64,000 nt of DNA, taken from contig CM075992.1 of NCBI GenBank assembly GCA_038087875.1, positions 10,418,001 through 10,482,000 on the forward strand, in the 5' to 3' direction. The stretch's first letter is position 1, and each line of letters starts with the position of its first letter. The notes beneath the pieces are model-generated. The model had not been told where the DNA came from. It saw nothing but the letters and a program-made list of their open reading frames with translations, and searched no databases. This document shows positions 13,618-25,342 of the stretch, one piece after another. The stretch comes from Malacoraja senta. Lineage: Eukaryota. Made by a program: the position numbers and the translations under genes.

Positions 13618-14691
13618 AGCGTTGATCTCCCAAGTGGTTCCATTGGAAGATCGAGTGGGAGGTGTCAAGTCAAACTGTAATGAAAGGTAATACCTGCCTC
13701 CAAGTTAAAGGGGGAGGAGTATTATGTATGTAATAAAATTGGTGTTACCGGGCTCCAAGTTAAAGGGGGAGGAGTGTTATGTATGGGATAATTAGGATAA
13801 GTAATTGGTGTCTTGTGATGTCTGGGGCAAGTACGCAGGAGCAAAAAGACAAGGCGGCGTCCTGCAGTAAAGAAGCTTGTATGATTCCTCCCGTGTCCGA
13901 GCCTTTATTCAAGACTGTTCAAAGCATCCGAATACACAACAATTGGCGACGAGGTTAAAAGAACGAAGATAAGAACAAGGCCAGCAAGAAGAATCGAAAA
14001 CAAAAGTTAAAAATACAAGTAGTATTTGGAAACAAGTGGAACAGCACCAAGCCAAATGGTTTTGAATTGGCGCCAAAAAGAAAAAAATGTAGGAACGGGA
14101 AGCAATAGCACAGGGAAGAGCTTGGAAATCAAGCAGGGGCAGTAAGGGTCACCAAGCACGGTGTCAGCTTACCTGGAATGTATCCAGGGCTGTGCAGCCC
14201 ACAGCCAAGCCCAAGCAGCAGTCACAGACGTCGGGTGGGGGCCTAGTACCGTAAAGGCCACGGACAGGTCCAGAAAAGCCACCGAAAAGAGGCTGAGTCT
14301 TGAGCCCAACTGGGAACAGTCAACCCGGTGGGGAGGAGAAAGCAGAGAAAGCCCGGTCGGGAGCAGAGTCAGCCCGACCGTGAACAGAGAAGCGGAGATA
14401 AGCCGAGTTCCGCCCGGGGCTTTGAAAAAGGGCACACAGCATCGGAAGCGAGGAAAGGGCAGAAGTTGACTTGCGGCTAAAAACCTGAACAGTATAATCT
14501 AAGAGACTGTCCTAAAAACTGCCGCGATCGCCAGCGAAGGCATTCAGGACTGATTATCTACAGCACCCGATTGGCAGCCAGTTATTCACCTGCTAAAATA
14601 CTAAACTGTTAAATACCTTAAGTCCTACAACATCCAAATGCCTTCAAAGTAATGGCTGAAGCAATAAGTCAAGTGAAACTGTCAATTAATT

Positions 14692-17600
14692 ACAAAGGCT
14701 ACGGAAGTCTTTAGAATTCTAGCCACGTTAGTGTGGCTACCACTAACTACACTAATTGTAGATGTAGTTCTTTTTCTTTCACCCTATACTAATCAACTCT
14801 ATCACTTTTTTCACTTTAAATATTTTTATAATTTAATGTTTGAATGGAAAAATAAGACTAATACAAGGAGATGTGTTCGGAAGAGCGACGTATATGATTT
14901 TAAATTCATCTATTCGAGGTTCGGGAGTAGGGTCAGGTTCTCTGTGTTGTACTTTCTGCTCGGCTATAGACCACCTTAGAAACAATATGCAAGATGTTAA
15001 TATGACAAGAGGGGGTCAGGGAATAACATTTTGTAGTTGGAATGTCAAGGGAATCAATGAACCAATTAAAAGAGGTAAAGTTTTGGCACATTTAAATTTA
15101 ATCAAAACAGATGTAATATTTCTTCAAGAAACACACCTTAAAAAGGAATCTCAACATAGACTTAAAGCTAAGTGGATCGCTGAAGCATATCATTCCTCCT
15201 TTTCCCACAAGTCCAGAGGAGTTGCAATATTAATTCGTAAAGGAATACCTTTTACGAACTCTTCAACAATAGTGGATATTGATGGTAGATATATTATACT
15301 AGTTGGAGAGTTAAATGGAGAACAAGTGATTCTTCTGAATGTATATGGGCCTAATTTCGATAACCCCATGTTTTTTAATAAAACATTTAATAAAATTCCA
15401 GAATTTACACAATATAAATTAATAATTGGAGGAGACTTCAATTGTACATTAGATTCATACTTAGATAGATCATCAAGGCAAAAAAAAGTAAAATCCCAAT
15501 CAAGTGTATTATTAAATTCATTTATTAATACCTCTAATATTAAGGATGTCTGGAGAATAGAAAACCCAACTGGACGAGAATATTCATTTTACTCACCAGT
15601 ACATAAAACATACTCAAGAATAGATTATTTTTTAGTTGACTCTACGTTTACCCCATTTATTTATAATTTAAAATACCATAACATTATAATCTCAGATCAC
15701 GCACCTGTAACATTCATGATTAAATTGAATGGAATGTCCGAGAAACAAGCATATTGGAGATTTAACCCACAAATTTTGAATGAAAGATCATGCCAGGAAT
15801 ATATTATTAAACAGATTCAAATATTTTTTGAGGTAAATGACAACCCTGACACACCTACTTCTCTTATGTGGGAAACGTTTAAAGCGTATGTTCGAGGTAC
15901 ATTAATTTCTGCTCAAGCATTTTATAATAAAGAGAACAGGATTAAGCAACAAACATTGGAAAGCGAAATCAAGCAACTAGATATAGAAAATGCGAGAATG
16001 CCATCTACTTTAAAACATAATAAAATTGTTGTATTGAAATATAAATTAAATAAAATGTATTCAGAACAAGTAATAAAACTTTATCAAAAAACCAAACAAT
16101 TACATTTTGAATTTGGAGACAAACCACAAAAACTATTTGCACGTCAGTTACGAAAAATGGAAGGGGAAAAAATAATTCATAAAATTAGAACAGAGACAGG
16201 AGAATTATTAAAAATGCCCAAGGACATAAATGATAGATTTCTCCAATACTATTATAACCTTTATTCAACTAAAACAGTAGCACAACCAGAAGGAATAGCA
16301 GATTTTTTACTAAAATGTAATTTAAAAGGTTTAGATTCAAACGATAGAGAATTATTAGAAAGGGAGATTACGATAAAGGATATTGAAGAGTCTATTGGTT
16401 CTTTAAAAAATGGTAAAGCAGTAGGACCAGATGGTTTAGGCTCCGAATTTTATAAAAAAATTTATGATTTGCTTTGCCCACGTTTACAAAGACTGTATGA
16501 ATATATCTATACTCAACAGAAACTTCCAGACACTTTAAATGAATCTATAATAACACTTATTCCTAAAGCTGATAAAGATCCGGAAGACCCGGGATCATAC
16601 AGAGCAATTGCACTTTTAAATACAGATCAGAAAATATTAACTAAAATACTAGCGCATAGATTAAGTACAGTGATGAATAAATTAATAAACCCTGACCAAA
16701 CAGGCTTTATTCAGAAACGGTATTCATATTATAATCTAAGAAGATTATTTAATATTATATATTCCAAGAGAATTATTAACGAAGATCTAGCAATAATCTC
16801 ACTTGACGCTGAAAAAGCATTTGATCAGGTGGAATGGTCTTATTTATTTTCGGTGATGGAAAATATGCAGCTAGGGAGAAATCTGTACATGGATAAAACT
16901 GTTATATACAAATCCCACGGCTAGAATACTTACAAACCAAAGGTTGTCATCTAAATTTAGCCTATCTAGAGGTTGTAGACAAGGATGCCCGTTATTTCCA
17001 TTATTATTTGCGCTTGCTATTGAGCCACTGGCAGAAAGAGTTAGGGGGCATCCGGAAATACATGGGTATAACACAAAGGACACGGTGAATAAAATTTCTC
17101 TATACGCAGATGATGTACTAATTTACGTTACAAAACCAGACATTAGTATTCCAAACTTATTAGAGCTAATAACCCAATTTGGTTCACTTTCAGGATACAG
17201 AATAAATTGGAATAAAAGTGAAATTATGCCAATAAGGGAACATAACAAACAGATAATACAACAATTTCCATTTAAAATAACAAATGAAAAATTTAAATAT
17301 CTAGGTATTTATATAACTAAGAGATATACATCATTATTTAAAGCAAATTTTCCCCCATTACTGAACAAACTACATAAGAATATTCAATACTGGAAAACAC
17401 TTCCTATCTCAATGGTTGGCAAAATTAAAGCTATAAAAATGATTTTTTTACCGCTGATTTTTTTTACCGCAAATATTTATACCTTTTTCAGACAATTCCG
17501 ATATATCTGACAAAAAACTTTTTTAAAAAACTGGACTCTATTGTTAATGATTTTATCTGGGATTATAAGAATCATAGGATAAACAAAAGACACTTGTGTA

Positions 17601-19193
17601 AATCAAAAATAAATGGAGGCTTGGTTTTACCCAACTTTTTGTTTTATTTCTGGGCTGTTAATATTAAAAATATGAATTTCTTGTTGGAAGAAATAGATCA
17701 TCAACCAGACTGGTTAAAAATGGAAAAGGAAGATTGTTTACCTTTTGATATCGGTTCGATATTATTTGCTACGTCTAAATTAAACAAAAAAATTTATAGG
17801 GAAAACCCTATAATATTTAGTGCTATACGAATTTGGAAACAATTAAAAAAGACATTAAAATTAGATAATTTATCACTTTTTCTTCCAATTGTGAATAACC
17901 CTTTGTTTAAGCCTTCATGGTTGGACGGGGTTTTTACACAATGGAAGAATTATGGAATTAAAAATATGGGACAACTTTATAAGGAAGGCACCTTTCTGAC
18001 ATTTCAGGAGTTGCAACAGACTTGTGGACTTCGAGGAAATGATTATTTCAGATATCTTCAACTTAGAGATTATGTAAAATCGAACTCTCAAAATTTTCGA
18101 TTTAGAAATTCAGAAATTCTTGATGAATGTTGGAACAAACATCCTAATACAGAACAATTAATATCTTATATATATAATATCTTATTAGACAGTGACATTC
18201 CTTCGACGGAATTACACAGACAAACATGGGAAAAAGAATTAAATCAAGTAATAACGAAAGATACTTGGGAAGAAAGTTTGCAACACATACATCAGTGCTC
18301 ACTAAACGCCAGACATTCTCTAATACAATTTAAAGTAATACATAGGTTACATTATTCAAAAACAAAACTACATAAAAATTTTCAACATATCTCACCTATA
18401 TGTGATAAATGTCAACATTTAGAAGCTACATTATCTCATATGTTTGCAAACTGTATAAAAATTAAAAAATTCTGGGTAAATATTTTCAGTATAATATCTA
18501 AAGTAACCGGCACACAATTGGACCCAGATCCAAAATTAATAATACTCGGAATATTAGAATTAAATCAAACATTTAGAACAACACAAAGAAACTTTATTGA
18601 TTATAGTTTAATAACAGGAAAAAAATTAATTCTAAAATTTTGGAAAGGCCCTACGGCCCCCACAATCAAAATGTGGATTATAGAAATGACGGAGACCTTA
18701 AACGTGGAAAGAATCAGATTTTCCCTGTTGGACAAACAGGAATTATTCGTAGGAACATGGTCTCCTTTTATTGATTACTTAAAGGGTCAGAATAGTTCAG
18801 CACAGGAACCTGACTAGCACTCGGGCTAAAGAATGGATGAAATGCTATACTCTGAAATGTACGAATATATCTCGAATGAAGTTTTTTATTTCAATAAATT
18901 TTTTCCATTCTTCTTTAGCTATTTTCTCTTTTTTTTTTTTTTTTATCTTTGTTTTTTAAAAAAAAAAATTAATTTTTATTTTTATCCTTCTTCTCTTTCT
19001 TTCTTTCTTTACTTCATCTATCTCTTTAGTTCTATCTAGTTTAAAAAAAAAAGGCAAAAGGTATTGGAGACAATGTAATAATAATTGATAATATTATCAA
19101 TTTAAAAATGTTAGACTGTAATGATGTAAATAAATTGTGTACTTATCTCCAATAATAAAAAAATATTAAAAAAAAAAAAAAAAAAAAAAAATA
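14692..19193 (+). mobile_element. L1-A: 5'-truncated L1 (end of spacer + ORF2 + 3'UTR + poly-A)
   Basis: 17-bp TSD GAAACTGTCAATTAATT (14675-14691 / 19194-19210) and poly-A at 19168-19191. Confidence 0.96.
14987..18817 (+). pseudogene. L1 ORF2 (APE endonuclease, RT, C-terminal Cys domain) with frameshifts
   Basis: SWNVKG, LQETH, GGDFN, SRIDY, ISDH; SLDAEKAFD, GCRQGCP, YADD, KYLG; CDKC...H...C. Confidence 0.96.
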
Positions 19194-19443
19194 GAAACTG
19201 TCAATTAATTGCTGAATCAGCAAAATAAAAGGAGAAAAAAATAATAAAAAATAAGTGGTTTGGTCATTGAGTGCAATCCAGTTCATCATCTCGCGGTGGA
19301 TGAATCAGATCCCTTTCTAGCGGGTAATCTGCACAAAAACATTAGAAGACTTGACAGTCACACTCTCTGTATCTCCCTCTATCTGTTTCTCACTCTCTGT
19401 CTCTCTCTCCTGTTTCTCTTTCCCAGTCTCTCTGTCCCTCTCT

Positions 19444-19621
19444 CAATAGACAATAGACAATAGGTGCAGGAGTATGCCATTCGTCCCCTCGAGCCAGCAC
19501 CGCCATTCACCGTGATCGTGGCTGATCATCCCCAATCAGTACCCCGTTCCTGCCTTCTCCTCATACTCCCTCATCCGTGCTCTTTAAGAACCCTATCTTG
19601 CTCGTAAGAACCTATCTAGCC
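19444..19621 (-). mobile_element. CR1-type LINE 3' end
   Basis: Reverse complement of 20395-20548, with a (CTATTGT)n tail. Confidence 0.8.
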
Positions 19622-19950
19622 CTCTCTCTCTCTGTCTGACTCTCTCTCTATCTGTCTCTTTATGTCTCTCTCTCTGTCTCTATCTCTTTCTGTCTCTCTC
19701 TCTCTCTATCTCTGTCTCTCTGTCTCTGTCTGTCTCTCTCTGTCTTTCCGTCTTTCTCTCTATATATCTGTCTCTTTGTCTCTTTGTATCTTTGTCTCTC
19801 TCTGTCTCTCTCTCTCGCTCCCTCTCTTTCTCTCTCTCTGTCTGTCTGTCTCCCTTTCTCTTTCTCTCTCTCTCTCTCTCTCCTCTCTCTATCTCTCCCT
19901 CTCACTCTCTTCGTCTCTCTCTCTGCCTCTCTCCCGTTGTCTCTCTCTCC

Positions 19951-20026
<76 letters not shown>

Positions 20027-20150
20027 GCCCATCTATCAATCTCTACGTCTGTCATCCCTTCGCCTCTGTATCTCCCTCTGTCTTTCTCTGTTTCTGGCTC
20101 TCTCTCTGTCCCTCTCTGTCTCTCTCTCTCTGTCTCCCCCTGTCTCTCTC

Positions 20151-20548
20151 TGCTGAGAGAATGGAGCAGCTGGGATTGTACACTTTGGAGTTTGGAAGGA
20201 TGAGGGGGTCTCATTGAAACATATAAGATTGTTCCCGATGTTGGGGGAGAACCAGGGGCCACAGTTTAAGAATACCGAGTAAACCATCTAGAACGGAGAC
20301 GAGGAAAAACCTTTCTCTCCCAGAGTGGTGAGTCTGTGAATTCTCTGCCTCAGAGGGCGGTGGAGGCAGGTTCTCTGGATGCTGTCAAGAGAGAGATAGA
20401 TAGGGCTCTTAAAAATAGCGGAGTCAGTGGGTATGGGGAGAAGGCAGTACTGATTGGGGATGATCAGCCATGATCGCATTGAATGGCGGTGCCTGCTCGA
20501 AGAGCCGAATTGCCTACTCCTGCACCTGTTGTATATTGCCTATTTTCT
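20151..20548 (+). mobile_element. CR1-type LINE 3' fragment
   Basis: Encodes ERMEQLGLYTLEFGRMRG, typical of the CR1 ORF2 C-terminus, followed by a CR1-like 3'UTR. Confidence 0.85.
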
Positions 20549-20660
20549 ATTATCTCTCTCTCTCTCTACCTCTCTTCCTCTCTGTCTCTCTATCTATGTT
20601 TGTCTGTCTCTCTCTCTGTCTCTCTCTGTCTATTTGTCTATCTCTCTATTTCTCTCTCTC

Positions 20661-21497
20661 CGGAAGTGGCGGCGCTGTCGAACAGCAGCGGCTCGCCTGC
20701 AGTCCGTCTGTTTTTACTTTTGTTGTTGTTTTCTTTTGGCCTGTATTAGTTAAACTTTAGTTTATTGGGTTGTGTATGTGTGGGGTGGGGGGGTGAAACT
20801 TGATTTTTGTCTCTTCCTTCGGGGGAATGCGACTTTTTCTTGTCGTATCCCCCTTCTCTGCCTCCGTCTGCGTCGATGCCTAATGGCGGAGCTGCCGGCC
20901 TCCAACTCCAACTGCAAGCGACCGACCTCGAGGCTCCGGAGGCAGAGCCAGGACTTACCAGCGCGGGGCTGGCCTGCTTCGGGGCTGCGGTGGCGTTCCG
21001 GCGGTGGCGACCGAGAACACTGGTGGCGACCTGAATCCGGAGGCTCGGCCACGGGCCTGGTGGACGACATCGTCGGGAGCTTGCAGGTCACAGGTGGGTG
21101 ACATGTTTTTCTGGAGCTCCCGCAACTACAGCTGCGTCCGCTAGACTGGAGGGTGGCAGCTTCGGCAGCTTCGGCCACCCCGGGCCGCGCAGTTTCAACC
21201 GGCCCGTCGCGGAGCACGGATTCGGCCGCGGGATTCACTTACCATCACCCGGCGGGGTCACAACATCAGTAGCCTGGATCGCTCAGGCAGAGGAAGAACA
21301 AAGCGGGAAGAGACAGAGGCTTTAAGACTTTTGCCTCCATCACAGTGAGGAGGTGCCTGGTGAACTCACTGTGGTGGATGTTAATTTGTGTTTATTGTGT
21401 GTTTTGTTATTTATATTATATGTATGACTGCAGGCTACGAAATTTCGTTCAGACCGAAAGGTCTGAATGGCAAATAAAGGAATCTCTAATCTCTAAT
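20661..21497 (+). mobile_element. GC-rich non-autonomous retroelement, copy S2, (CTCTAAT)n tail
   Basis: Head GGAAGTGGCGGCG...CGCCTGCAGTCC, then T-rich and G-rich spacers and hairpins. The 3' end has a stem-loop TTCAGACC-GAAA-GGTCTGAA, then AATAAA and a short tandem tail. Confidence 0.75.
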
Positions 21498-21605
21498 TTC
21501 TCTCTCTCTCTCTGTCTCTCCCTTTGTCTCTCTGTCTCTCTCTCGCTCTCTCTCCCTGTCACTCCCTTCTCTCTCTCTCTCTGTCACTCTCTTCACTCTC
21601 TCTCG

Positions 21606-21692
<87 letters not shown>

Positions 21693-22646
21693 TCCCTCTT
21701 TACCCAACCTCTCCCTCTCTCTCCATCTGCGTCTACTTTCTCGAGATCTGCCTTTGTCCCTCTCTGTCTTTGTGTGTGTCTCTCTGTCTCTCTGTCTCTC
21801 TATCAGTCACTCCATCTATCTTTCTCTCTGCCTGCCTCTCTGTCTCTCTATCTCTGTCTGTCTCTCTGTCTCTCTCGTACTCTCTATCCCTCTCTCTATC
21901 TATCTCTCTCTCTCTCACGATGGCTCCCTCTCGGTCTCTGACTCTTTGATCCTGTCTTTCTCTCTCTGTCCCTCTGACTCGGGGGGGGGGGGGGTGTTGA
22001 CGTTTTGTGTTTGTGTCTGTGTCCGCGCTCGCGCTTTTTTCGCGACAGACAGTTTTTTAATGTAATATGACGCGTTGCGATCATCTCCGCAACACACCCC
22101 ACAAGGAAAATTCTAGAATTGTTTTTGTAAATGAAACCATTCCCTTATTCCACTACCCGCACAATGAAATGGGGACACCCCCCATCCAACCCCCACAAGT
22201 AAAATATCTTTGCTTTTTAGTAAATGAATACTCTCCCCTATTCCAGCCCCCACAATGAAAAACATCCTCCCAGGAAATATTATAGTCTAAGTGAGAATTA
22301 CGATCCCAGATTTGCTGCTAAATGAGATTCCATTGTGATGTAATAGTGTTTGTATAAATGAGATCACATTGTGTCCTCATACCAACCAACTGGCTGTAAT
22401 TCTCACAACACCTGTCTCAAAGTGAGATTTGTAAAGCTAGAAATGTCAATAACTTGTAAAATATTACATCAATCTGAACAAAACTTGACACAAACCACCA
22501 GAGGACGATTATGTATAAAAAGGGTGCACACATTTTACCGCTATTATGTGCCGTTTTTGCGTAATTCCGGAATCACTCGAAAAAACACGCATGCAGGCGC
22601 ATACCCACGCACACACGTATAGAAACAAACAAGATGAGAATTTTTC

Positions 22647-22708
22647 AGATAGTTAGATAGATAGATAGATAGATGGATAGATAGATAGATAGGTAGATAG
22701 ATAGATAT

Positions 22709-22754
<46 letters not shown>

Positions 22755-23063
22755 GGATGGATGGATGGATGGATGGATGGATGGATGGATGGATGGATGG
22801 ATGGATGGATGGATGGATGGATGGATGGAAGGATGGATGGATGGATGGATTAACGGACGGACGGACGGACGGATGTATGGGTGGATGGATGTATGGATGG
22901 ATGGGTGGATGGATGGATGGATGGATGGATGGATGGATGGATGGATGGATGGATGGATGGATGGATGGATGGATGGATGGATGGATGGATGGACGGAAGG
23001 ACGGACGGACGGAAGGACGGACGGACGTACGAACAGACAGAGAGACGGGCGGACAGGCAGACA
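22647..23063. repeat. Compound microsatellite (GATA)n-(GGAT)n-(GGAC)n
   Basis: Direct reading. Confidence 0.96.
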
Positions 23064-23259
23064 GAAAATAATAGTTCTGAATCACAATTACGCAATATGG
23101 AGAAATGAACGGCGGCTTTTCAAACGGGGGTATATAGCCTGGTATTATGTGGTTTGCAGCGAAATAAGGGAGAATAAATCAGTAGGACACTCGTATAGAT
23201 ATATCCCCAAAATCTGATGGAATCTATCGCAAGTGCCTAGGAATGAAAAATGGGAGGAT

Positions 23260-23510
23260 TGGCCTCGTGTTGGCACAAGTTGTAGAGTGTTTCCTTTTTG
23301 CACGTGCACGCGACTGCTTGGGATTCCTCCAGGTGCTGCGGATTCATCCCACATCCCAAAGATGGGCATGATTGTGCATTAACTGGCCTGTGTAAATTGT
23401 TCCTAGTATGTAAGGGGACTGGATGAGAACGTGGCATACCAAAAACATATAGGGTGAACAGTTGATCGATAGACATCGGAGACCAGGTAGGCTGAAAGTT
23501 TTGTATGTAT
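23260..23510 (+). mobile_element. Degenerate V-SINE (HE1-like)
   Basis: GGGATTCCTCCAGGTGCTGCGGATTCATCCCACATCCCAAAGA resembles the V-domain consensus, followed by TGTAAATTG and a CR1-like tail. Confidence 0.7.
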
Positions 23511-25342
23511 GGAGTATCCCTAAAAACACGATGAACGTCAAAATATATAATATCTAGTTTTATCCTCTTATTCTGAACTGTCAGCTGTTCTACGTTTGAC
23601 CACTAAAGGCCAACAGGCGTAACATCAATGTGAGGAATTTGCTGATGGAATTGGGTATAACAGTTTTTATATTAACTTGGAAATGCGTGTGATGTTTAGA
23701 AGGATTCAGCCAGGTTTACTGCACATGGTATATTGTCTCAGAACACTCGCTCACGTTTTCTTTTAAGGAGGTTGCATAAAAATATTATTTTCAAAGCACC
23801 AGGCCGGAAATTAGAGGACACGAATCTCAGGAGAGAGGGGAGACCTAGAAGCATATTTGAATGGTAGATTTTAAATACAGGACAGGTTTCGCCTCTGTTT
23901 CCTGATGCATAGGTAATCAGGCAGATCTGGAAGAGATAATCGTCTCGATCTTGTGCCCTGTGTTATTGACTAATCCTGGCGATGAATATTATGACAGCAT
24001 CGTCAAAATGCAACACTTTTTCAGTGATAATGACATATTGAAAAACACGGACAACTGACTGAGTTTGAAGTTAGTACGTGGGGAGTATTGGAACAAGGAA
24101 TTAACATCACAGATTTTGCAATAAAACTCCGGAGAAAAGAGCATAAAACACGACTCACAGTCATTTAATTCCATTGCGTATACATGCTGCATTGACAGTT
24201 GTACTAATTCTCGCTTCTTCCCTTATGAACATTACTTCCTGAAGGCTACTTCAAAGAGAAGGCAGGAGAAGCGAAGCTCTGTTTGTACAATTATTATTTA
24301 TTCATACATCTTTCCACGCTGTTGTTCTTGAGTGTCAGTTGATTCCAGATCCCAAGTGAAGGTCAATTCCAGGAAGAAGGATTCACGTCATGTAGGCAAG
24401 TGGCAACATTCGGTCCAATACGAGCATTTTCCGATCTTCGTTGATTGTCCGCGGCAATTCTATAGACAGATGCCACCCTTCGATTTGCACCATGCTGTAC
24501 GACACAAAATACAAAACTGAATATTCAGTCGGGATATAATTTTATTTAAAAAATATATATCAAGGAAAAGCTCGGGTTGCTTGAAACAAAATATTTTGTG
24601 CATTGAGGATTATCATGCATCCTGGTGATGAATAGCTTCGTCCATACCCTGTTATTCGTTACGATTCGAACATAATGTAAAATCCAGTAATTGTGGCATA
24701 TTTGTAATTCTTGAAGGTCCAAATGAACAGGCGGCCGCCCTCAGCAATGTGCTGTTCCAGATTGATATATAGACACTGATATAAATTTAGCTACCGAAGG
24801 GAGATCATCGTTTGAAGATTTGCGTGTAAGTTCCTCTTAGCAACGGGTTGTCATGTTTCTGGATGAATGTCAGTCACTGAGACGTCATCCATTTATAATG
24901 AGTGGTAAACCTCTGCTGACATTTTTAGATATCCATGAGAGCTCGATTTCTGCACAGGGCTATAGAGAGTTCAGTGGACAGAGTGTAATGTCGGGAAATG
25001 TGAGATGTGAATAGCGTCGCGTATTGTTCCAAAGGACTGCAAAAAGATGGTACACAGGCGCCAGTAAACAGGCAGAAAGTCTTTAAAAATACGAATACAT
25101 AATAGCCTTTCGTAAGAAGGTCAGAGTTTGAAGGTTTCAAATATGGTTAACATACAACGGAACATTATATGTGCCTGGTCAGATTAATTATTGACAGATT
25201 CAGCAAAGGAGGAAATATTTTGAGAGCGCAATATTTGCACGGGATATCTCCGTTAGTTCGCTTTGTGCTCTCATGCCATGGTTTGAAAGGACAAATGGAA
25301 AAATGCAGTTTAATAAAATACACAGTCCTGTTTAATATATTA

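Larger units (their letters stand above)
6367..19356 (+). mobile_element. Full-length decayed BEL/Pao LTR retrotransposon
   Basis: Paired LTRs with TGTCAAGTC...GACTTGACA ends, 5-bp TSD GTCAC (6362-6366 / 19357-19361), PPT GAGTGGGAGG at 13653-13662, and domain order gag-PR-RT-RNaseH-IN. Confidence 0.96.
13663..19356 (+). repeat. 3' LTR, interrupted by L1-A at 14692-19193
   Basis: Matches the 5' LTR on both sides of the L1 insertion. Confidence 0.93.
19362..21975. repeat. Degenerate (CT)n/(CTGT)n pyrimidine tracts with embedded retroelements
   Basis: Direct reading. The same tract type is at 6255-6361, on the other side of the BEL insertion. Confidence 0.9.

Noticed and set aside
14161..14469. 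ORF inside the BEL LTR
   Set aside because: Non-ATG start, no domain, and disrupted in the 5' LTR.
14840..14986. N-terminal extension of ORF2 upstream of MQD
   Set aside because: This frame is stopped in L1-B and L1-D.
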